Shown here piece after piece: positions 25,359-35,123 of a DNA stretch of 64,000 nucleotides. The position numbers and the translations under genes are program-made. The DNA lies in IMG/VR virus record IMGVR_UViG_3300005713_000004, positions 12,734 through 76,733 of that record. One strand, written 5' to 3'. The notes under the pieces were generated by a model that saw only the letters and a program-made list of their open reading frames with translations, did not search any database and was not told where the DNA came from. Each line of letters opens with the position of its first letter. The first letter of the stretch is position 1. This stretch comes from a virus. Its lineage: Duplodnaviria > Caudoviricetes.

Positions 25359-25990
25359 GCGTCCACCGCGCAGCACTCGTCGCGGGTCGCTTCGACCTGC
25401 TCGACCAGGACGAACGGGACAGTGATGGCGCCGCCGGTGACGATGCCCGCGTAGTCCCACAGGTCCGCGAGGGTGTTCGACGCGGCGAACATGTACACGA
25501 TGTCGTCGGGTGCGACACCCCCGAACGGGGGCCGGTCGAGCAGGGCGCCCACGGCCACCTCGCGGATCGTGACCCGGCGGCCGTCGAGTTCGAGCGCGGC
25601 CACCTCGCGGGACTCGACGCCGGAATCGTAGTGGATCACGAACGGGTCGTACACCGGTCGGGCGTTCGGCTGGGCGAAGTGGGCGAGCCACCCGGCGACG
25701 CAGCGGAACGTGCCGCAGTGGGCGGCGACCGCGTCGGAGTCCGAGTCGGGTAGCGGGTAGCGCACGGCCATCCATGTGCCCTGGTCGTGGCGCAGGGTTC
25801 CGATGGTGATGCCCGCGAGGACATCGAAGAGCAGCAGGACCGCGCGCTCCGTGGCGACGAGCGGGTTCCCGTGGGCCCAGCCCCGTTCGATGCGGGTCGT
25901 CACCTCCGCGCGGTGGTCGAGGATGGCGACCGCGAGCGGGGGGTCCGTCGTGGCGAGGTTGTCCAGCGCCTTGATCGTTGCGTCTCGCAT
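25355..25990 (-). CDS. Actinophage hypothetical protein
   Basis: HDQGTW...CGTFRCVAGW motif; GGAGG SD. Confidence 0.7.
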   Translation of the reverse strand: MRDATIKALDNLATTDPPLAVAILDHRAEVTTRIERGWAHGNPLVATERAVLLLFDVLAGITIGTLRHDQGTWMAVRYPLPDSDSDAVAAHCGTFRCVAGWLAHFAQPNARPVYDPFVIHYDSGVESREVAALELDGRRVTIREVAVGALLDRPPFGGVAPDDIVYMFAASNTLADLWDYAGIVTGGAITVPFVLVEQVEATRDECCAVDA

Positions 25991-26075
25991 GGTGTTGTGT
26001 TTCCTCCGTGTGGTGGACGGGGGTCCGGGGTGGGACTACGCGTTCCTCATGTCCCCGTGCCCCGGACCGAATGTG

Positions 26076-26105
26076 ATGCTACACGGTTTCCGTGGGAAGC
26101 GTCAA
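26076..26105 (-). promoter_or_regulatory. Internal promoter with operator palindrome
   Basis: TTGACG-CTTCCCACGGAAACCGTG-TAGCAT. Confidence 0.7.
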
Positions 26106-26605
26106 GCGGGGTCGAGCCCGAACAGCATCCGCTCAGACGCCAGCCTCGACGGGTGCACGAACCCCGGCACGAACCGACCACGCGGCGGACGGCACGCCAG
26201 CCCCGGCGCCATCCCGCAGCCGCCCACCGGAACCCCCGCCGGACCCGGTTCCCCATCGCACCCGACGTGCCGACCGCGCGGGTCGAACCCCCCGCCCAGC
26301 CGCTCGAACATCGACGGGAGCGGCGCGACGTGGACACGACGCGCGGCGGCGAAGTGGTCGGCCCGCTGCTGCTGCTCGTCGAGGGACAGCGGGGTCCGCC
26401 GGTACTCCTCCGGCTCCGCTGCGACGAGGTCGTCGGGGATCTCCTCCGCGCGGATCGGCTGCGGGTCCCACGGCTCCGGCTCCGGCTCGTCCTCGCCGAC
26501 CCACCCGCAGGCGGACCCGCCCCGGCAATCCTCCGCGCCGGAGCACATCGACCGCAGGCACGGCCACGACGGGTCGAGGTCCGGCGGCTGCTCGACCGCC
26601 GTCAC
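26102..26605 (-). CDS. Protein with C-terminal zinc finger
   Basis: C...C..APG..C...HPSR. Confidence 0.65.
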   Translation of the reverse strand: MTAVEQPPDLDPSWPCLRSMCSGAEDCRGGSACGWVGEDEPEPEPWDPQPIRAEEIPDDLVAAEPEEYRRTPLSLDEQQQRADHFAAARRVHVAPLPSMFERLGGGFDPRGRHVGCDGEPGPAGVPVGGCGMAPGLACRPPRGRFVPGFVHPSRLASERMLFGLDPA

Positions 26606-26811
26606 TGCTCGCCCCTGTGTCCGGCCATCCGCTCGCGCAGCCGGTCGAGGTACAGCGTGTGGCGGTGAGCGCTCCGCTTCGTCGCATCGTCCGCAGCGGC
26701 GAGAACCTCCCGCAGCACGGCGACCGCCTGCGTCACGCGAGGCGGTTCCGTGTCGCGGCCGACGAGATCGAGTTCTGCTCGGATCACGTCGAGCGCGTCC
26801 GCCGCCGTCAC
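26602..26811 (-). CDS. Hypothetical protein
   Basis: GTGA coupling. Confidence 0.55.
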   Translation of the reverse strand: MTAADALDVIRAELDLVGRDTEPPRVTQAVAVLREVLAAADDATKRSAHRHTLYLDRLRERMAGHRGEQ

Positions 26812-27251
26812 GCGAACACCGCCGGGCGGTGGGCCTCGACGAGCGCGCCGTCCGGGCCGTAGACCATCAGCCCGATCCGGGCGCGGCGAGCGCGGCGGAT
26901 GGTGTACCACGTGCCGGACCGCTGCTCCTCCACCCACGTACGCGGGCACGCGATCAGCACGGCCGACACCTCGACGATCCGGCGGTCCCGGTCGAGGTAG
27001 GGCAGCGGCGCGTCCGACTCGTCCGACGGGAACCACGCCCGGAAGCGCGGGTTCGTCGGCGGGTGCCCGATCACGCGGAGACCCAACTTGCGGGCGACCG
27101 CCGCCGCTGCTGCGTCCGCCTCGACGCAGTCGCCGTGATGGAACTCGTCGGCGCCGTGGTCGTCGCGCAGCATCCGCAGCCGGGACGCGACCACGCCGAT
27201 CTGTGCCGGGGTGATCCGGTGGCGCGAGCCGGTGAACCCGACGGCGATCAT
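26808..27251 (-). CDS. SLOG-superfamily (YspA-like) nucleotide-binding protein
   Basis: VGFTGSR, HHGDC.EAD, HPP, YLDRD, RSGTWYT. Confidence 0.8.
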   Translation of the reverse strand: MIAVGFTGSRHRITPAQIGVVASRLRMLRDDHGADEFHHGDCVEADAAAAAVARKLGLRVIGHPPTNPRFRAWFPSDESDAPLPYLDRDRRIVEVSAVLIACPRTWVEEQRSGTWYTIRRARRARIGLMVYGPDGALVEAHRPAVFA

Positions 27252-27487
27252 CGACGGGCCTCCGCCCACTCCACGAGGGCGACCCTCTCCCGACGCGTGG
27301 TGGCCGCCGCGTCCGAGTGGCCCACCTCGACGAGGAACATCCGGAAGGACGCCCACGTCTCCGCAAGCATCGCGGCCACCGGGTCGTCCGGGTGCTGCTC
27401 GCGGGCGTCGAGCAGGTCCGCCCGCGCCATCGCCCACTCCGGGTCGCTCTCGTACTCGTCCCGCGTGAGGCGGCTCGCCCCGCTCAC
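27248..27487 (-). CDS. Hypothetical protein
   Basis: Coupled in operon. Confidence 0.55.
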   Translation of the reverse strand: MSGASRLTRDEYESDPEWAMARADLLDAREQHPDDPVAAMLAETWASFRMFLVEVGHSDAAATTRRERVALVEWAEARR

Positions 27488-27975
27488 GCGCGCTTCGCCA
27501 TCGTCCGGGTCATGCTCGCTTCGAGCGCGGGGCGCACGTGCTCCGGCGCCTGCGCGAGGATCTCGCCCAGTCGGGCCGGGCCGCCCTGCTCGATCCCGGC
27601 GGGGCGCGGCTCCGCCCCGGTCTCCGCCCAGTGGTGCAGGACGCCCGCGACGTGGCGGGCCATCTGCTCGCGGTACCACTCCGGGTAGGTCATCCCGTCC
27701 GGGAGAGCGCCCGGGATGACGGGGTCCTCGAACGAGTCGGCCGCCTTCCGGCGGATCTCGCGGAGCCGGTCGGAGATCGCGGCCGGGGAGATCCGGGGGC
27801 GGGCCGCGTCGCGGGAGTAGTGCTCCACGATGACGCGGGTCACGGCGGCGCCGTCGTCCCACCGCTCCGCCTGCGCGACCATCTGCCACGCCTTGACGTC
27901 AATCTCCGAAACCTTGCGCTGGTCGAACGTGGCGGCGAGCGCCACGAGATCGACCATGTCGTCCCACTCGATCAC
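27484..27975 (-). CDS. Putative helicase loader/inhibitor (G39P-like)
   Basis: Directly after rep; DQR...VKAW...VEHY...ISPAAI. Confidence 0.6.
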   Translation of the reverse strand: MIEWDDMVDLVALAATFDQRKVSEIDVKAWQMVAQAERWDDGAAVTRVIVEHYSRDAARPRISPAAISDRLREIRRKAADSFEDPVIPGALPDGMTYPEWYREQMARHVAGVLHHWAETGAEPRPAGIEQGGPARLGEILAQAPEHVRPALEASMTRTMAKRA

Positions 27976-28907
27976 TATCCGGTCCTGCCTTCCGTGGTGG
28001 ATCCCCCGCGCTTGAGCGCGAGGACAGCGGAGACGCGCTCCGCCGTGGTGCCTTCGCCGAGACCACCGTTGACCGTGCGGTCCGGGCCTCGACGGGCCGG
28101 GGCGAGGGAGGGGGGCGGGTCGGAGTACCGGCCCTCGTTTAGCCACCGCGACGGGTGGACGATGAACCGCTCTTCCGTCCGGGCCGCCTGCCAGTACCGG
28201 GCGTACACCTCCATGCGTCGGGTCATCGTCGCGGCGTCGAGGTCACTCCGCTTGAGCGCCTTCGTGAACGCCTTCGCTGCGGCTTCCTTGCCCACCTTGC
28301 GGGGGCACGCTTCCCAGAACGCGGCGAACTCCGGGGAGTAGCGCACGTGCGGCGTCGAGCGCGGAGCGCTTGACGAAGTGTTTTCCGTAGTTGTTGGGAT
28401 GGGGAGGGGAGGGGAGGGGAGGGGTCGGTGTGACTCCCCTGTGACTCCGGCGTCCGTCACATCGTCGTCACGTGTGACATTCTCGTCGGTCACGCGTGAC
28501 CCGAACGTGACACCTCCGCCGGGTCCATCGTCGTCCGGGGGGCCGAACGTCCCGTTCGCCTGCCGCGCCCGCTCCCGGCTGCGCCGCTTGCGCTCCGCTC
28601 CGTCGGCCCGCGCCGCCTCGACCTGCTCGCGGGTCTTGTTCGACCCGGCCCAGTCGTGGAACCGGTACCCCTCGTCCTCGTCCGTCTTGTCCTCGACCCA
28701 CAGCCCCACGCGGACCAGCGCCCGCGCCATGTCGAGCGTCGGGTCCCACGACATCACGATGTAGTCGGGGACGAACCCGTCGGTGAGGTGGGCGCTCGCC
28801 CACGACCCGGCCGTGACCCACAGCCCGGAGGCGGCGAGGCGGTCGGCGCCCAACTTCGCGAACTTCCGGTGGCTGTGCATCTGATCATCTACCGCCATCC
28901 ATGGCAC
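27975..28907 (-). CDS. Phage replication initiator (lambda O-like)
   Basis: W..VDD..H.H.K...GLW...GFVP...GYRFHDW; C-terminal FAAFW..CPRKVGK..A..A. Confidence 0.85.
   Translation of the reverse strand: MPWMAVDDQMHSHRKFAKLGADRLAASGLWVTAGSWASAHLTDGFVPDYIVMSWDPTLDMARALVRVGLWVEDKTDEDEGYRFHDWAGSNKTREQVEAARADGAERKRRSRERARQANGTFGPPDDDGPGGGVTFGSRVTDENVTRDDDVTDAGVTGESHRPLPSPPLPIPTTTENTSSSAPRSTPHVRYSPEFAAFWEACPRKVGKEAAAKAFTKALKRSDLDAATMTRRMEVYARYWQAARTEERFIVHPSRWLNEGRYSDPPPSLAPARRGPDRTVNGGLGEGTTAERVSAVLALKRGGSTTEGRTG
28428..28512. repeat. GTGAC/GTCAC iteron cluster inside rep, putative origin
   Basis: About 8 GTGAC/GTCAC copies in 85 bp, next to a purine run and A/T-richer stretch. Confidence 0.6.
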
Positions 28908-28910
28908 GGG

Positions 28911-29153
28911 TCATGCTCCGATCGCGGTCGAGGTGGGACGTCCGCCGACGCCGCGCCCCTCGTGGGCCTCGCCCGTGAACTGCGCTTCGACCCACGCGAT
29001 GACGTCGGAGGTCTGGTACATCACGCGGCGTCCGACGTTCGTCCACTTCGGTCCGGGGCGCCCCGGCTGTCGGCGCCAGTACTTGAGCGTCTCGATCGGA
29101 ACGCCGGACAGCCGGGACGCCTCCCGGGCGTCGATCATCAGGGGGGTGGTCAC
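28911..29153 (-). CDS. Excisionase/AlpA-like HTH protein
   Basis: REASRLSGVPIETLKYWR..GPKW..VGRRVMY. Confidence 0.85.
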   Translation of the reverse strand: MTTPLMIDAREASRLSGVPIETLKYWRRQPGRPGPKWTNVGRRVMYQTSDVIAWVEAQFTGEAHEGRGVGGRPTSTAIGA

Positions 29154-29207
29154 GGCGGGGAACCTACCTCATGGGTGGTCGGGTGTCTACGGGTGGGGGA
29201 GGGGGTG

Positions 29208-29456
29208 TCAGGCGGCGAGGATGCGGCGGACCGTGTATTCCGTCGTGCGTGTCCACGCCCCGATCTCTGCGGGGGTGAGACCGTGCGCACGCAGGCTACG
29301 GAAGAGGGCCGCACGGTGGACGCTGGGCAGGCTTTCGGCCGGTTCCTGCCCGGCCCACACCCGCGCCCACAGGACGAGCGTGGGACCGCGCCAACGGGGC
29401 GGCTCCGGGATCCGGATCGTGAACTCGCGGACGAGCGGTTCGGGCGTGGTCGTCAT
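29208..29456 (-). CDS. HTH-containing protein
   Basis: GLTPAEIGAWTRTTEYTVRRI. Confidence 0.65.
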   Translation of the reverse strand: MTTTPEPLVREFTIRIPEPPRWRGPTLVLWARVWAGQEPAESLPSVHRAALFRSLRAHGLTPAEIGAWTRTTEYTVRRILAA

Positions 29457-29525
29457 CGGGCCTCCGAACGGGACGAGCCCCCGCGCCGGGGAAGGGCGCG
29501 GGGGCTCGTCGGTGGTGGTGGTCGA

Positions 29526-30416
29526 TCAGCGGCGGTGGCGGCTGTACGGCTCCGGCGCCGGACCGGAGAACACCGGCGCCTCACCGGTCCCGGCGTCGAT
29601 CTGCTCGACCACCGACCGGAACGCGGTGTCGATGGCCTCCGCCTTGCGGATGATCCGGAAGCCCAGCCGTACCCCGTCCTGCGCGGGCTTGACCCGCAGG
29701 CGCGCGGTGAACACCACGGGCTCCGTGCCCTCCCACACGGGGACGCGGAACGCGAACTCCTGCGGGATGTCGATCGAGGACTTCCCGCGCCCGGCCCGCT
29801 GCACGGTCTCCTGCTCCACGGAGAACGACATGTCGCCGTTGTCCAGTCGGGTCCGCGACGAGTAGTCGAGGGTCGTCTTCGCGGTGAGCGTGGTCGCGAT
29901 CTCCAGCATGGTTGCCCCGTCGGGGGTCTCCATGGTGTGGGCGAGCGCCTCGACGAGTTCGCCGAACCCCTGTTGCGTGAACGTCTCCCGGTCGGCCCGC
30001 GCCCACTCCGCCCAGTCGTCGGCGAGGACGAGGTCCAGCACGGCGCGGTGGTCCGCGTACCCGGCCGTCTGGTTCTCGGACGGGAGGTCGGTCTCCGCGA
30101 TGGGGTCGCCGTTGAACACCGCGACGAAGCGGCCGTTTCGCTTCGACCCAAAGATCACCGTCTCCGGAGTGGTGTTGCGCTGGACGAACCGGACGAACGA
30201 CTCCGGGTCGTCGAGGTTCGTCGTGCCCAGCGTGCGGGCCGGGCGGTCGAGCGCGTCGGACCAGTCGACCCGGTGGCCGCCGGGGTAGACCGCGAGTCCG
30301 CGCCGCTCGTCGAGGTGGATCGGGGTCGCGGACAGCGCGGCCACGGCTTCGGTGAGTTCGGCGGCGAGCGCGGCTCCGGCGCCGGGGGTGTCGCGGTAGT
30401 TGCTGATGATGTCCAT
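29526..30416 (-). CDS. DUF2303 (YfdQ-like) protein
   Basis: DDPESFVRFV, HRAVL, FTQQGFGELVE, IPQEF..RVPVWEG. Confidence 0.85.
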   Translation of the reverse strand: MDIISNYRDTPGAGAALAAELTEAVAALSATPIHLDERRGLAVYPGGHRVDWSDALDRPARTLGTTNLDDPESFVRFVQRNTTPETVIFGSKRNGRFVAVFNGDPIAETDLPSENQTAGYADHRAVLDLVLADDWAEWARADRETFTQQGFGELVEALAHTMETPDGATMLEIATTLTAKTTLDYSSRTRLDNGDMSFSVEQETVQRAGRGKSSIDIPQEFAFRVPVWEGTEPVVFTARLRVKPAQDGVRLGFRIIRKAEAIDTAFRSVVEQIDAGTGEAPVFSGPAPEPYSRHRR

Positions 30417-30448
30417 GGGTGTGAGTGGTTCTCCTGTCGGGTGGGTGA

Positions 30449-30817
30449 TCAGTCGCGGTCGCGGAACGCGTCGTCGCGGTGGGGGTCGTCGCGGGTGATG
30501 CCGCGCAGCCCGTCCGCGTAGAAGATCGACGCGGCCCGCTCGAAGCGGGGGCACTTCGCCTCGACCTTCCCGGAGATGAGGAGGACGCCGGTGTCCGCGT
30601 GGGTCTTCGGGTCCTGCGGCTCGACCTCGACCGTGAGGATCACCTTGCCCTTGCCGCTGGTCCGGCCGACCCATTCGATCACGTCCGCGAGCGCGGTCGT
30701 GGCGTCGTCGTGGACCTTGCCCCGGTCGAGGTCGAGCAGCGCGGCGGAGAACTCCCGCTCGTCCTGCTTCGCCTTCGGGGGGGTCTGCTGCGGGGTGTTG
30801 TCGGGCACGGGGCCCAC
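30449..30817 (-). CDS. Conserved DUF2303-partner protein
   Basis: GKGKVILTVEV...KCP...IFY...RDDP. Confidence 0.75.
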   Translation of the reverse strand: MGPVPDNTPQQTPPKAKQDEREFSAALLDLDRGKVHDDATTALADVIEWVGRTSGKGKVILTVEVEPQDPKTHADTGVLLISGKVEAKCPRFERAASIFYADGLRGITRDDPHRDDAFRDRD

Positions 30818-30905
30818 TCCCTTTCCGGTCTGCCGTCGCCGGGGTGGCGAGCGGTCACCCGCCCCCCGCCGGGCGGTCCCGGCGAGGGGCGGGGCGGATC
30901 ACCGT

Positions 30906-30935
30906 ATCATACACGGTTTCCGTAGATCATGTACA
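30906..30935 (-). promoter_or_regulatory. Internal promoter
   Basis: TGTACA-18-TATGAT, spacer has CGGAAACCGTG as at 26082. Confidence 0.55.
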
Positions 30936-30984
30936 TCTGCTGTGCACTTGCCCTGCTCCGCGAGCCCACGGCTCGCGTGGAACA

Positions 30985-31869
30985 TCAGAGCTTACGGGCG
31001 TGCTTGTCCACCGCCGACCGGAACCCGACCAGCGGGACCAGCACCCCCCACAACTCCCGGGACCAGTCCGCCGCCACCTCCGGCGGGACCTCGCCCAGCG
31101 ACGCGGCCCCGTGCTCCACCTGCTTGCCCAGCGCGGCGAGCGCCTCGATCAGCGGCGGCACGACCTCCGCGAGATCCACCGCCACCGGCGGCACGTCCGG
31201 CTGCGGCAGGACCACCCCGCCGCGCTCCGCGAGATCCACGACGTACCGCTCCGTCACGCCCAGCGTCGCCGCCGACTCCGCCACCGACATGCCCTGCGCG
31301 ATCAGCCGGGCCAGCGTCTGCCACTGCTGCCGCACAGCGGTCGGAGTGTCGTTCGCCCGCAGGGCCGTGTAGACCGTGACGACGTCCATCGCCCCGGCCG
31401 CCCGCGCCGCCAGCAGCGCAGCCGCGAACTCCTCGTCGTTCGCGTCGGCCATCGCGGCGCAGCGGCGTCGGACCTGCGTGTCGAGGCCCAGCGCCTCCGT
31501 CGCCGCCACCTCATCGAGGCGGGCGACGAGCCCGGTCACTCGCTCCGCCACCCGGACCGCCTGTTCCGCCGACGCGGCCGGGAGCCCCCGCGCGCTGAGC
31601 AGGTCCGCGACCGTGGCGACCCCGCGCCGGAGCGCGGCCACGTCCTCGAACGCGGACGCCGGGACCTGTCCCGCCTCGACGCACGGGCGGACCTGCTCGC
31701 GGTACGCCTCGACGTCCGCGAGCAGCGCGGCGCCCAGCGCAGCCGCCCCGGCCGCGCCCTCCCGGGGAACCGCCGTCCCGGCCGGGACCGTGGACAGCGG
31801 ACCGGGCCACACCGCAGCCGTGGACACGGCCTCCGGGGTTTTCTGCTCCGGGGTCTCCTGCTCGTTCAC
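30985..31869 (-). CDS. Helical protein with HTH
   Basis: QGMSVAESAATLGVTERYV. Confidence 0.6.
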   Translation of the reverse strand: MNEQETPEQKTPEAVSTAAVWPGPLSTVPAGTAVPREGAAGAAALGAALLADVEAYREQVRPCVEAGQVPASAFEDVAALRRGVATVADLLSARGLPAASAEQAVRVAERVTGLVARLDEVAATEALGLDTQVRRRCAAMADANDEEFAAALLAARAAGAMDVVTVYTALRANDTPTAVRQQWQTLARLIAQGMSVAESAATLGVTERYVVDLAERGGVVLPQPDVPPVAVDLAEVVPPLIEALAALGKQVEHGAASLGEVPPEVAADWSRELWGVLVPLVGFRSAVDKHARKL

Positions 31870-32675
31870 GCCTTCGCTCCGCTCTTCCTCGCCGGGGGCT
31901 CGTACCAGTAGAGGCCCTTCCGGGCCGCCGGGGTGTCGCGGGTCGCGCCACCCTTGATCTTGCCTGCCTTGACGAGGTCTCGGCAGGCGCCGCCGATCTC
32001 CGACGGCTGCCAGTCCTCCGGCAGGTCGTCGCCGATGTTCCCCGCGAGCCCGGCCGGGTTCATCCGCGTACCGGGGTGGGCGGTGAACCACGCGAGGGCG
32101 GCCCGCCGGATCACCTCCGCCCGGGACAGCGGCTTCGCCTTCGGCTTCGCGACCGGGCCCGCGCTGCGCAGGTGGCGGACCTCCGCGCGAACCTCGTCCA
32201 GCGCGGCGCCCTGATCGGCGATCGTCTCCGCCTGCGCGATGACCCGGCGGTCCGCTTCGGCCAGCATCCCGGCGAGCGCGTCGCAGGTCTCGGACACCTT
32301 GCGGACCATCTCCCGGAGTTCGGCGCCCTCGCGCCGGGTCATCGCGGGGGAGATGTCGGGGACTCTCTCGGCCGTCATGGTGGTGGGGTCCTCCTGCTGC
32401 TTCGGGGGGCCGGGCTTCGGGGTCGGCTTCGTGCGCTCCGCGAGGATCGCCCGGACGTCGATCCCGGCGCGGCGAAGATCGGATATCTTGTTCGCCATCC
32501 CGGACGAGGTCCGGAGTCTGATCGACGAGAAGAACACCGGGGACGTTCCACGGTTGGGCGGGTACACCCGGTACGTGGTGCCGTCGAGTTCGACGCGGCA
32601 CCCCTCGACGGAGCGGCAGATGTCCGCGAGTTCGTCCGGGGACAGGACCGGGACCGCGGCCACAGCGGCACTCAC
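31866..32675 (-). CDS. HicA-like N-domain, coiled coil, wHTH-like C-domain
   Basis: YRVYPP...V...N.ISDLRRAG. Confidence 0.55.
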   Translation of the reverse strand: MSAAVAAVPVLSPDELADICRSVEGCRVELDGTTYRVYPPNRGTSPVFFSSIRLRTSSGMANKISDLRRAGIDVRAILAERTKPTPKPGPPKQQEDPTTMTAERVPDISPAMTRREGAELREMVRKVSETCDALAGMLAEADRRVIAQAETIADQGAALDEVRAEVRHLRSAGPVAKPKAKPLSRAEVIRRAALAWFTAHPGTRMNPAGLAGNIGDDLPEDWQPSEIGGACRDLVKAGKIKGGATRDTPAARKGLYWYEPPARKSGAKA

Positions 32676-33787
32676 TCCCCACCGTCCGACGGCTCGACCA
32701 GCGCGGCGAGCGTCTCCGCCGTGGCGGCGGCGAGGTACTCCCGGACGATCTCCGCCTCCGTGGTGGTGATGTCGTTCGTCGACCCGATGACCGGCTCGTC
32801 CGGGTTGCGGTCCACGATCGCCCGGAGGATCGCGAGCCTGCGGTCCCGGACGTCCGCGCCCCGGCCGGACACGCCCAACTCGCCCAGTCGCGCGAGGATC
32901 CCGTTGACCGCCTGCCGCGACGCGGGCGGCTCGCCCGTGGACACGGCCTCGCCCTCGACCGTGTCGGGCCGCTGGTCCGCGTTGAGCGTGTTCATGATGT
33001 CCGTCGTCGAGCGCGGCTGCGGCTTCCGCTCGAACTCGTCTTCGAGGGAGGACTCACCGATCCGGATGGACTGCCCGATCACGGTCAGCGTCGCGAGATC
33101 GACTTCCGTCCACGAGTCGACCGGCGCCCCGATCCGGCGGATGAGTTCCTCCCGCCGCGCCCCGATCGCCTCGAACGTCTCGACCATCTGCCGCCGCCGG
33201 TCCTCGATCGGCTTCCCGCCGCCCTGCTTCGCGATGGTCTCGGCACACCACCCCTTGCCCATCTCCACGAACCACGGCGGGAGCGCGGCTAGGATCTGCT
33301 GCCGCTCGACCCGCGACCCGGCGGACTGGTTGTTCTCCCGGACGTCGCGGACCGCGACCAGCGTCCGCGCCGGACGGGGTCGTCCGTCCTCGCCCTGCTC
33401 CGGCGTGTCGGTGTATCCGGAGTGGGGGGACACGAACGTCGTCCGCCGTGTGAAGTTCGTTTCGAGGTCCCACGCGAACGCGACCACCGTCGACTGTCCA
33501 GGCCGCCGCTCGATCTCCGCGCTCCCGGAGGTCATGTTCCCCCAGCAGCGGGCCGCCTCGATCGCGAAGCGGATCGTCACGTCGGTGAGTCGCTTCCCGC
33601 CGCGCGGGTAGTTGTAGAACGCCCGCTGCGCGAACTCCATCCGGACGCACGACCGCTTGAATCGGGCGATGGCGAGGTCTTCGTCCCGGGGTCGCTCCGC
33701 AGCAGCGAAGACGGACGCGGCCACCTCCGCGACCGCGCGGGCCTGTTCGACCTGCGTCGCCTGCGTCGCGTTCTCGGTCATGTTCAT
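32672..33787 (-). CDS. Putative single-strand annealing/recombination protein
   Basis: EQARAVAEV...RPRD...AFYNYPRGG...ARCWGN; next to RecE-like gene. Confidence 0.65.
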   Translation of the reverse strand: MNMTENATQATQVEQARAVAEVAASVFAAAERPRDEDLAIARFKRSCVRMEFAQRAFYNYPRGGKRLTDVTIRFAIEAARCWGNMTSGSAEIERRPGQSTVVAFAWDLETNFTRRTTFVSPHSGYTDTPEQGEDGRPRPARTLVAVRDVRENNQSAGSRVERQQILAALPPWFVEMGKGWCAETIAKQGGGKPIEDRRRQMVETFEAIGARREELIRRIGAPVDSWTEVDLATLTVIGQSIRIGESSLEDEFERKPQPRSTTDIMNTLNADQRPDTVEGEAVSTGEPPASRQAVNGILARLGELGVSGRGADVRDRRLAILRAIVDRNPDEPVIGSTNDITTTEAEIVREYLAAATAETLAALVEPSDGGE

Positions 33788-33789
33788 GG

Positions 33790-34083
33790 TCACTGCTCGA
33801 TCTCCTCGTATGTGGCGCGGTACCGCTCGTCGGACAGGATCCGGACGGTGGACGCGCGGGGGTCGAACACGACCCACGATCCGGGCTCGACCCACAGGTC
33901 CCGGCCCAGTGCTTCGATGACGAGGACGGAGCGGCTACCGGTGCCCTCGCCCAGGTGGGATCCGAACCGGACGCGGATCTCCAGCCACGCGAGCATCCGG
34001 CCCACGTTCGCCATGTCGGTGTCCGGCGTCCACCGCATGGCCTCGAACTCCGGCCGCCGCTCGACCACGATCCGGGCGGTCAC
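33790..34083 (-). CDS. Hypothetical protein
   Basis: EAMRWT motif; GTGA coupling. Confidence 0.55.
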   Translation of the reverse strand: MTARIVVERRPEFEAMRWTPDTDMANVGRMLAWLEIRVRFGSHLGEGTGSRSVLVIEALGRDLWVEPGSWVVFDPRASTVRILSDERYRATYEEIEQ

Positions 34084-35123
34084 CGGATGTCCAGCGCGCC
34101 GGATGCCCACTGGTCCTCCAGCGCTCGCGTCGACCAGCGCGGCAGACCTACCCGCATCGGCTCCCCGACGGCGAGCCCTTCGAGGCCCATGTGGTCGGGC
34201 CACTCCCCGGTGCCGACGCAGCGGGCGTAGCGGTCGAGCGCCTCGCGGACCTTGAGTCGTCCCCACTGCTGCGCTTCGTCGTCCATCTCCACGACGGTGA
34301 CGAGGTAGGGGTACCGGGTCTCTTGGAACACGAACAGGAACACGGGGTCCTGCTCGTCGTCGAGCAGCGCCCGAACACCATCCCGATAATACGCGTCCTG
34401 CGTGTAGTACCAGAAATCCCACAGCGCCTTCGCGATCCCCTCGCGATTGACCTGCGACCCCCGGGACTTCACGTCCACGATGGCGAGGCGGCCGTCCGCG
34501 AGTCGGCACGTCCAATCCAACTTCGCCCGGCGCCAGACCCCGAACTCCTCGTCGTACCAGAACATCGCGCGCTCCGGGGTCCCGCGCTCCCGCTCGAACA
34601 GGTGGCCCGTCCGGGGGTTCGAGCGGATCGCCTTCGCCATCCCCCGCGCCTTCGCGTCCTCGCGTTCGAGGATCGGCACGCGACCCGCCTCACGGGCGGC
34701 GGCCCGCTGCTGCTGCGCCGCCTTCCCCCGCCAGTCCTTCGCGTGAACGACCTCGATCTCCGCGCCGACGCCCAGCACGTAGAAGTGCACGGCGTGACCC
34801 AGGTCGAACGCGTCTTTCGGCTCGCGCGGGTGGGTCCCGTCCAGCGACGCCCGGTAGAACGCGGGCGAGTCGGTCATGAGGGTCTTCATCCCGGAGTGGG
34901 ACAGGCTCCCCGCCTTGACGGGGTCCCGGTGGTACACCTCGTCGGACATGCCGTCCACGACGCAGGGCTCCGTGATGATGTTCGAGCCGATGCCCTGAAT
35001 CGCGGCGATCACCACGTCCGGCGCGTCGGCTACAGTGGGCCCCGGTGTCGCTTCGGCGCGCTCCATCGTGGTGGATGGTTGGACGGAGCCCTCGTCGCCT
35101 TCGGGTGTCGGGGGCTTCGTCAT
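34080..35123 (-). CDS. RecE/exonuclease VIII-like PD-(D/E)XK nuclease
   Basis: YH..SLSHSGMK, LGHAVH, RAKLDW, IVDVKS, YYTQDAYY. Confidence 0.9.
   Translation of the reverse strand: MTKPPTPEGDEGSVQPSTTMERAEATPGPTVADAPDVVIAAIQGIGSNIITEPCVVDGMSDEVYHRDPVKAGSLSHSGMKTLMTDSPAFYRASLDGTHPREPKDAFDLGHAVHFYVLGVGAEIEVVHAKDWRGKAAQQQRAAAREAGRVPILEREDAKARGMAKAIRSNPRTGHLFERERGTPERAMFWYDEEFGVWRRAKLDWTCRLADGRLAIVDVKSRGSQVNREGIAKALWDFWYYTQDAYYRDGVRALLDDEQDPVFLFVFQETRYPYLVTVVEMDDEAQQWGRLKVREALDRYARCVGTGEWPDHMGLEGLAVGEPMRVGLPRWSTRALEDQWASGALDIR

Noticed and set aside
28911-29153. Evidence of integration from the excisionase-like gene
   Set aside because: Such HTH genes are often plain regulators; no integrase or att pair recognised in the window
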